Below, piece after piece: positions 58,557 through 64,000 of a DNA stretch of 64,000 nucleotides. Position 1 is the stretch's first letter. Every line of letters starts with the position of its first letter. The DNA is from an uncultured Clostridia bacterium (lineage in GTDB: Bacteria > Bacillota > Clostridia > TANB77 > CAG-508): NCBI GenBank assembly GCA_934154805.1, contig CAKPGM010000001.1, positions 6,177 through 70,176 on the forward strand, read 5' to 3'. The position numbers were made by a program, and so were the translations under genes. The notes beneath the pieces are model-generated. The model was not told where the DNA came from. It saw nothing but the letters and a program-made list of their open reading frames with translations, and searched no databases.

Positions 58557-59336
58557 TCACATCGCTCTCCTGCCATAAGTCGATTTTCTCTTTACTTTTG
58601 CAGTTCTACTTGAATTCATTATAATCAAGTTTGTTAAAATCTTTATCAGCCTCGGATATGTATAAGAATTGCTAATTGACATCATTTTTACTTTTTTAAT
58701 AATGTGTATTATATATGCAATGCCAACAATAGTCATCGCAAAAATCATAATATAGGCAATGTTTATTATACTTTCTTCTAGCTCAGTTTTGCTTATTGCT
58801 GTATAAATATTAATTATATTAAAAGTAATTGGCACAGCATATACTCCAATCACTATTTGTGAAAAACTCGAGTCATCATATTTATCTTTTTTCTTGTTAT
58901 TCTTTAAATAATCTCTTAGTTCTTTCATGCATTCAGAATTGTACATGCCATTTTGAATTAGAATACTTTTGACTAACTTTATCTCACTGTTTAAAATTAT
59001 CTTCCTGTTATATTGGATAACATCATAATACTTGTCTTTAGAAAACATTTTATAATGTTTTCCTCCCAGTTTTTTGCTCTTATCATACAAGATATTATTA
59101 AATTTCCAGAAAATATATACAATAGTAGCACTAATTGCAGTAGCCATAAACAAAAAATTCGCCCATATCACTTTCTGAAGTATACACGTAATACAAAAAT
59201 AAAATATTCCTATCACTATCACTTTATCCACTACTTTTCTCATCTCTGTAGTCGCCATTACATTTAAACTGTTTTCTTCAAATATTCTTACTACTTCATC
59301 TGTTACTTGTGCACTTTTAATCTTATATTTATTCAT
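58557..59336 (-). CDS. hypothetical polytopic membrane protein
   Basis: 259 aa with about 4 TM helices (VIVIGIFYFCITCILQ, FLFMATAISATIVYIFW, VIGVYAVPITFNIINIY, IAYIMIFAMTIVGIAYIIHII). Its start overlaps the stop of the upstream gene by 8 nt. Confidence 0.5.
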   Translation of the reverse strand: MNKYKIKSAQVTDEVVRIFEENSLNVMATTEMRKVVDKVIVIGIFYFCITCILQKVIWANFLFMATAISATIVYIFWKFNNILYDKSKKLGGKHYKMFSKDKYYDVIQYNRKIILNSEIKLVKSILIQNGMYNSECMKELRDYLKNNKKKDKYDDSSFSQIVIGVYAVPITFNIINIYTAISKTELEESIINIAYIMIFAMTIVGIAYIIHIIKKVKMMSISNSYTYPRLIKILTNLIIMNSSRTAKVKRKSTYGRRAM

Positions 59337-60315
59337 TTACAATCACCACTCTTCCATCTTTGCAAATTCGTACTTTATTCTGCTGTATCAATTGTTGTCC
59401 TATACTTTCGATAATTTGATAAAATCTATCCTTTTGCATATCTAACTTTTTTGTAATATTCCTTAGTCCGTATTCTCTGTTTTTCATAATTGCATTTATA
59501 TTTAATTGAATATTATCAATAATCAGCTTCTCAATTTTTCTCCATTTTATAGGATATATCCAACTGTCGATCTTGTCCACATATTCCATTTCATCATACA
59601 TTCCAACAAAATCCATCAGAGCTGATATACTAGTTTCTTTAAACGATTTTATTACCGCTCCCAGCATCTGGTATCTAGCTTTAAAAAGCAGTTTTCCTAT
59701 TAATCTCTCTTTATCAAAAGCCAAATTCTTTTCTATCTTCCCTTGTTTTAGAATATAATCCATTCCTATATCAATCATTTCCTCCTTGCTCACTCTAGAG
59801 CCATACAAAACCTGCATTTTGTTGGCAGTCTTTGTAATTTTTTTGTATAAATCTGTATAATTTTCATCTATAAAATCCTTAGATAATGCTGGACTTTCTC
59901 CTATCCAAATTCCTTCCTTATTCATCGATAAAATATATGAATTCTCATAATAACAAATCTTAAAATTGTATATATACGTTAGGAAATCATCTATCTCAAT
60001 TCCGTACTTTTCACAAATATTATAAACTTCTTGTTTCTTGTACATCCTGCTACCGTACTTTTGCAAATACTTTAATTCAATTTTTATAAGATTCACTAAT
60101 TCTCTCTTTGTATACTCCTGATTCATTCGAATAGTCGTCCAAGATTCTGGCGTTTTATATTTTGCATTTTTGTAACATCCTAGTATTAATATTAAATCTT
60201 TCAAGTCGATCTTTTCATTTTCAGAAATTTTAATAAGTCGTTTTATCGTTATCCTTTGTCCATTTTCTAGTTCATATTTCTTTTGAATCTTGTTTCTTAG
60301 TTCAAACCTTTCCAT
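59329..60315 (-). CDS. hypothetical soluble protein (possible regulatory / sigma-like helical protein)
   Basis: 328 aa, helical and K/E/I-rich. A C-terminal HTH-like segment (EYGLRNITKKLDMQKDRFYQIIESIGQQL) is only suggestive. It is translationally coupled to the membrane protein downstream. Confidence 0.4.
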   Translation of the reverse strand: MERFELRNKIQKKYELENGQRITIKRLIKISENEKIDLKDLILILGCYKNAKYKTPESWTTIRMNQEYTKRELVNLIKIELKYLQKYGSRMYKKQEVYNICEKYGIEIDDFLTYIYNFKICYYENSYILSMNKEGIWIGESPALSKDFIDENYTDLYKKITKTANKMQVLYGSRVSKEEMIDIGMDYILKQGKIEKNLAFDKERLIGKLLFKARYQMLGAVIKSFKETSISALMDFVGMYDEMEYVDKIDSWIYPIKWRKIEKLIIDNIQLNINAIMKNREYGLRNITKKLDMQKDRFYQIIESIGQQLIQQNKVRICKDGRVVIVNE

Positions 60316-60738
60316 ATTTTTTGCTCCTTTTATTGTAAAATATAAAAGCAGAATGCATTTATCTGCATCTGCTTTCTTTGGTTTTCTTGTTTTATATTCT
60401 AGAGTTTGGGTTATTATATCATATGGAATAGCTTTCTATGAGATTATATATTAAATTGTTATAAAGATGTTTGATGTGATGGATTTGAGGTTGGTGGCGC
60501 CTTCGGGTTATGAGCGGATATAGGGGCTTTTTTTGTAATATTTTATTTCAAAATGGTGTAAAGTGTTGTGGTTGTAAGCGTTAACTTGGTATATTTTAGT
60601 GTAAATTATTTTGCATTATTTTCTCGTTTTGTCCATTTTTGAAACTTTCGCCACTTTTTCGCCACCTTTTTTGATGGGAATTTATGGATAAAATATGCAA
60701 AAAGCAGATTGATTACCTACTTTATTTATATTCTTAGT

Positions 60739-61413
60739 TTAATTACTTTTACCATCTCTTTTATTTATACCCTCTATTTTATTATCTGGTAAAAAATTAT
60801 ATATATCATCTATTTCCTTTGGCTCGATTATCATTTTCTCAACTATTATATTCATTAACTTAAATAATGCTATTGCTATATCTTTATTATCATCAATATT
60901 TATCTGTCCCGGATGTACAGCTTCATTCCCAATAATTCTTATTGCATCCATAGACTTTTGCAAAGAAGATGGTAATCCATTCTTTACTAAATCTTTTATT
61001 GTTTCATCTATTTTAGTTTTTTCATCTTTTCCAGCTATTTGATTGCATAATTTTTGCAATGCTAATCTTAATATTGCACATGAACCTTTAGGAGATAAAT
61101 TAAAAATGTTTCTTGCCTCTTCATATAATTCCTTGATATTATTAGGCATTTCATCTATCGGTAATTCTATATTTGACTTTAATGGCCATATTAATTGTTC
61201 TTCGAGCCAAAAACTAATAAATCCACATTGTTGACATCTACAAGCAGAAATATATCTGACATCATCTCCATTTTTATATGAATGCATTGTGCCTGTAGTA
61301 TAATTAATCATTGTTTTATCCCAATCATGATTTGAATATGCACCACACTTAAAACAAGTGAATCCTTTTTTCTTATACTCTGCTTCTACAAAATTTCTTT
61401 CCAAAAATAACAC
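60739..61413 (-). CDS. zinc-ribbon and DUF4145 domain protein
   Basis: 224 aa. N-terminal CxxC…CxxC (CFKCGAY…CRCQQCGF). The C-terminal segment SCAILRLALQKLCNQIAGK…AIRIIGNEAVHPGQI is typical of DUF4145. Confidence 0.65.
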   Translation of the reverse strand: MLFLERNFVEAEYKKKGFTCFKCGAYSNHDWDKTMINYTTGTMHSYKNGDDVRYISACRCQQCGFISFWLEEQLIWPLKSNIELPIDEMPNNIKELYEEARNIFNLSPKGSCAILRLALQKLCNQIAGKDEKTKIDETIKDLVKNGLPSSLQKSMDAIRIIGNEAVHPGQINIDDNKDIAIALFKLMNIIVEKMIIEPKEIDDIYNFLPDNKIEGINKRDGKSN

Positions 61414-61454
61414 ATCCTTTAATTTTTCTATATTTTACTTACTATAAACTCTAT

Positions 61455-62537
61455 TTAATTTACCCATCTATATCTTTGCTTTAGTTCTCCCATCATATTC
61501 CATCCTAATTTTCCATCGTGTTGTAATCTTCCAACAACAATACCTGGGTGTATATCATTCTCTTTTGCAAACTTTATAATTCTCTCTTTTGTATAATTAT
61601 TTTCTTCAACAAAATCTTTATATATATTGTCATCCAATATCATATTTCTAGAATAATTGTCAGCTTCTAATTCCATTTCTTTATCTTCTGTATCTTCAGT
61701 ATCAATAAAATTTTTAGATTTCTTTGCGTGTAACATTAAATGTCCTACTTCATGGAAAAATGCAAACCAAAAATGATCATTTGAACAATACCTTAAACTT
61801 ATCTGAATTAATGGATTTTCTCCAATCCACGTAAATGCTCCTCTAACTTTACTATTTGGAACTGCTTCTTCCATTACAAAATAGACTCCATTTTCATTGC
61901 AAATTTCTTTTATTTTCTTAAAAATATCTACATCATCTTTTTTTATTAAACTTTTAATTTCCAATATTGCCTTCTCGAAATTTTCTTTATTATATTCTTC
62001 CACATTTTGTTTACGTGCTTCTAATTCGCACTTTCTGATCCAAACTAATAATGGCTCTATTTGATATCCATCTTCTTTAAAAGAATATTCATAAACTCTA
62101 CTTGAATAAACTGACAATATATTCTCCACATTTTTTACACCAAAAAACTTAAGTAACTCATATACCTTTTCACTTTTTGATGATCTTTCTGGTAAATCTA
62201 ACCATTTCTTTTTTCTCATAAAATCTATTTGGTACTTTTGACATATTTCATCTAAATTTTCTTTTTTTAATTTTTCTAATTCTTTTTCTTTTTCTAAAAA
62301 ACCTCTATATTTTATCTCATACCCCATTAAAACTTCATACTTTATATTTATTACTTTTTCTAAAGCCATAGCCATATCCATTGTTAATAGGACTTTATTA
62401 TTCAATAACTCACTAATATGTTTTTCACTAACATTTAATCTTATTGCTAATTCTTTTTGACTTATACTATATATTTCTAATCTTTCTTTTATTAATTCTG
62501 AAGTTGGTACAAAATAATTTGTTACTAAACTTCCCAT
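61455..62537 (-). CDS. higA: HigA-type HTH antitoxin fused to an ImmA/IrrE-family zinc metallopeptidase domain
   Basis: 360 aa. The N-terminal HTH is SISQKELAIRLNVSEKHISELLNNKVLLTMDMAMALEKV. The C-terminal HEVGHLMLH is an HExxH motif. It lies directly downstream of the higB-like gene. Confidence 0.7.
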   Translation of the reverse strand: MGSLVTNYFVPTSELIKERLEIYSISQKELAIRLNVSEKHISELLNNKVLLTMDMAMALEKVINIKYEVLMGYEIKYRGFLEKEKELEKLKKENLDEICQKYQIDFMRKKKWLDLPERSSKSEKVYELLKFFGVKNVENILSVYSSRVYEYSFKEDGYQIEPLLVWIRKCELEARKQNVEEYNKENFEKAILEIKSLIKKDDVDIFKKIKEICNENGVYFVMEEAVPNSKVRGAFTWIGENPLIQISLRYCSNDHFWFAFFHEVGHLMLHAKKSKNFIDTEDTEDKEMELEADNYSRNMILDDNIYKDFVEENNYTKERIIKFAKENDIHPGIVVGRLQHDGKLGWNMMGELKQRYRWVN

Positions 62538-62567
62538 ATTCTCTCCTCACATTCTTTTAAAAACTTT

Positions 62568-62894
62568 TTAATTATGATAATTTGTTATTTCTAATATATC
62601 TATTTCTTTTATCAAACTTTTATCGTATGGCATTTCATACCCTTTTGGTTTAATTATTATTCTCCATTTAGCATCAATACATACAGCATAGCATCCTTCA
62701 TAATTACCTTCTAACAAATGGCATCTCTCTGGCTTATCTACAGGAACCATGGAAAGATTGTCTACAGTTTGAAGTGTATTGATTCTTAACATTAATCTTT
62801 TACTAATTTCATTATATTCTTTTTTTATATTTTTTTCACTTGATAAAATCTTTTCTAATTTATTATTGGGTACATTAATCTTCATATACAACAT
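62568..62894 (-). CDS. higB: HigB-like (plasmid maintenance system killer / RelE superfamily) toxin
   Basis: 108 aa. …RLMLRINTLQTVDNLSMVPVDKPERCHLLEGNYEGCYAVCIDAKWRIII… matches the HigB pattern (H.LkGdl.g.ysi.i...wRi.f). The start may instead be the ATG at 62885. Confidence 0.65.
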   Translation of the reverse strand: MLYMKINVPNNKLEKILSSEKNIKKEYNEISKRLMLRINTLQTVDNLSMVPVDKPERCHLLEGNYEGCYAVCIDAKWRIIIKPKGYEMPYDKSLIKEIDILEITNYHN

Positions 62895-63047
62895 CTATGC
62901 AGTCAAAATATAAATTCTCTTTCACTCTGATTCCTCCTTTCTGTTTTTATTTTAACACAGTTTACCTTGAAGGTAAAGAGTTTTTAAATAAAAACTTGAC
63001 ATTTTTTTATTTTTAAGTGATTAATAACAATTTAAAGGAGGTGTCTT

Positions 63048-63338
63048 ATGGGTAATTTAAGAATGGTCAATGATGATTTATTAAAAGATTGGCTTTACTT
63101 TAGAGATGAAGATTTATGTTCACTTGTTAATGTAGAAGATAGAAAACATATGATTAAATTTGATGAAATTTCTGATAGTATTTTAAAAAGTATTCCTAAA
63201 CAAAATAGACCTTTTGTCCAAAAACAACTAAATAAGCTGGATGATAATTTTATGGATTATGTTGGCTATTGGAATGAAAAGTATTTTAGAAATGGTTTCT
63301 GTGACGCTGTGAAACTTATTTCTGGTTGCTTTAACTAA
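63048..63338 (+). CDS. hypothetical protein
   Basis: A 96-aa ORF preceded by AAAGGAGG and followed by a terminator hairpin. Confidence 0.5.
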   Translation: MGNLRMVNDDLLKDWLYFRDEDLCSLVNVEDRKHMIKFDEISDSILKSIPKQNRPFVQKQLNKLDDNFMDYVGYWNEKYFRNGFCDAVKLISGCFN

Positions 63339-63352
63339 TAAACCATAAAAAT

Positions 63353-63381
63353 ATCCCAAGGATTTATCTTTTCCTTGGGAT
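63353..63381 (+). terminator. intrinsic terminator after 63048-63338
   Basis: A 9-bp stem, atcccaagg (63353-63361) / ccttgggat (63373-63381), followed by a T-rich tract. Confidence 0.55.
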
Positions 63382-63499
63382 TTATAATTTAGTAGTTGGC
63401 TAGCGACCTACAATTTTAATATTCATTCTATCTCATTTTTTTACTTTTTAAATACTTTGATAAATATTAGATATATTTCATAGGTTAAATGATTCTATT

Positions 63500-63700
63500 T
63501 TATTCCTCTACTTCTTCTACAATACTTAATTCTATAAAATCTTCTTCTGGTGATGTTTTATAGCAACGTCTTAGATAATAATGCCCACCGTCTACACTAC
63601 AAGCTTCGCATTTACATGTTACAAAATTATGAACATTTTTTGATTCTATTATTTCTCCACAATGTTTACATTGTATTTTGTTTGATATAATTTTTTCCAT
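63500..63700 (-). CDS. small zinc-ribbon protein
   Basis: 66 aa with CKHCGE…CKCEAC cysteine pairs. Confidence 0.5.
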   Translation of the reverse strand: MEKIISNKIQCKHCGEIIESKNVHNFVTCKCEACSVDGGHYYLRRCYKTSPEEDFIELSIVEEVEE

Positions 63701-63806
63701 AATTACCTCTTTTCGCTGTCATTATATATTATTATTTTTAATATATCCAGCTAATTTGCAAAACATTATTATTTAATTTTACCACTGCCACATGGACAGT
63801 ATAAAC

Positions 63807-64000
63807 TTAATCTAATTTATAGTCTTCATCTTCTTCTGCAACCATTAATTCATCTCTGTCAATTTCTTCTTGACTATATCTAATTCCTTCATCTAATACA
63901 TTTTCTTCCATTATTGAACTTGATTTATAAATTGTATAAATCATATCACTTTCTGATGCAATCTCCATTGCTGCATCTTTCTTGGCATTAACAACTGCAT
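63807..64000 (-). CDS. hypothetical acidic protein, 5' end beyond the window edge
   Basis: Open frame reading …AVVNAKKDAAMEIASESDMIYTIYKSSSIMEENVLDEGIRYSQEEIDRDELMVAEEDEDYKLD, with its stop at 63807-63809. Only the C-terminal part is visible. Confidence 0.4.
   Translation of the reverse strand, partial: AVVNAKKDAAMEIASESDMIYTIYKSSSIMEENVLDEGIRYSQEEIDRDELMVAEEDEDYKLD

Noticed and set aside
1-64000. CRISPR arrays, tRNA/rRNA genes, integrase or transposase genes with terminal inverted repeats
   Set aside because: I saw no regularly spaced direct repeats, no cloverleaf-compatible tRNA-like segments with a GTTCGAATC-type T-loop, and no intact recombinase ORFs. The only transposase-like sequence is the decayed Rpn fragment at 42306-42906. 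A tRNAscan/Infernal run is still advisable.

Overview
This is a low-GC Firmicutes (Clostridia-like, spore-forming) chromosomal segment, and almost every gene is on the minus strand. I saw no rRNA, tRNA or CRISPR.

- **1-11.6 kb:** the distal part of a conjugative type IV secretion (T4SS) cluster. It reads three tandem VirB2-like pilin paralogs, a PrgI/VirB3-like protein, a TM/coiled-coil protein, a VirB4 ATPase, a giant VirB6-like membrane protein, a TM-anchored protein, and a TM-anchored cell-wall hydrolase whose catalytic C-terminus is split by a frameshift.
- **12-42 kb:** housekeeping and sporulation genes. These are an M16 peptidase pair, rpsU, an AI-2E transporter, xth, a G5/SleB-type hydrolase, lemA, tatD, acpS, spoIIE, mgtE, a NitT/TauT-type ABC importer, radC-mreBCD-PBP2-minC, mecA and an M23 peptidase.
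- **42.2-48.3 kb:** the most interesting region. It is an approximately 6 kb islet bounded by a decayed Rpn-family nuclease gene, and it carries a complete diversity-generating retroelement (DGR).
  - The reverse transcriptase has the IGNxxSQ motif, and an Avd gene is present.
  - A 144-nt template repeat (TR) and variable repeat (VR) differ almost only at TR adenines.
  - The target protein has a pilin-like N-terminus.
  - Two small paralogs resemble the MutS mismatch-binding domain I and flank the RT.
  - Two XRE regulators flank the cassette.
- **48.3-58 kb:** mostly core genes (cotF-like, pcrA, a ZIP transporter, prfA, NUDIX/GNAT genes), interrupted by patches visibly richer in G+C.
- **58-64 kb:** an accessory islet. 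It holds higB, a higA gene fused to an ImmA-type metallopeptidase, a zinc-ribbon/DUF4145 gene, and an overlapping soluble/membrane gene pair.
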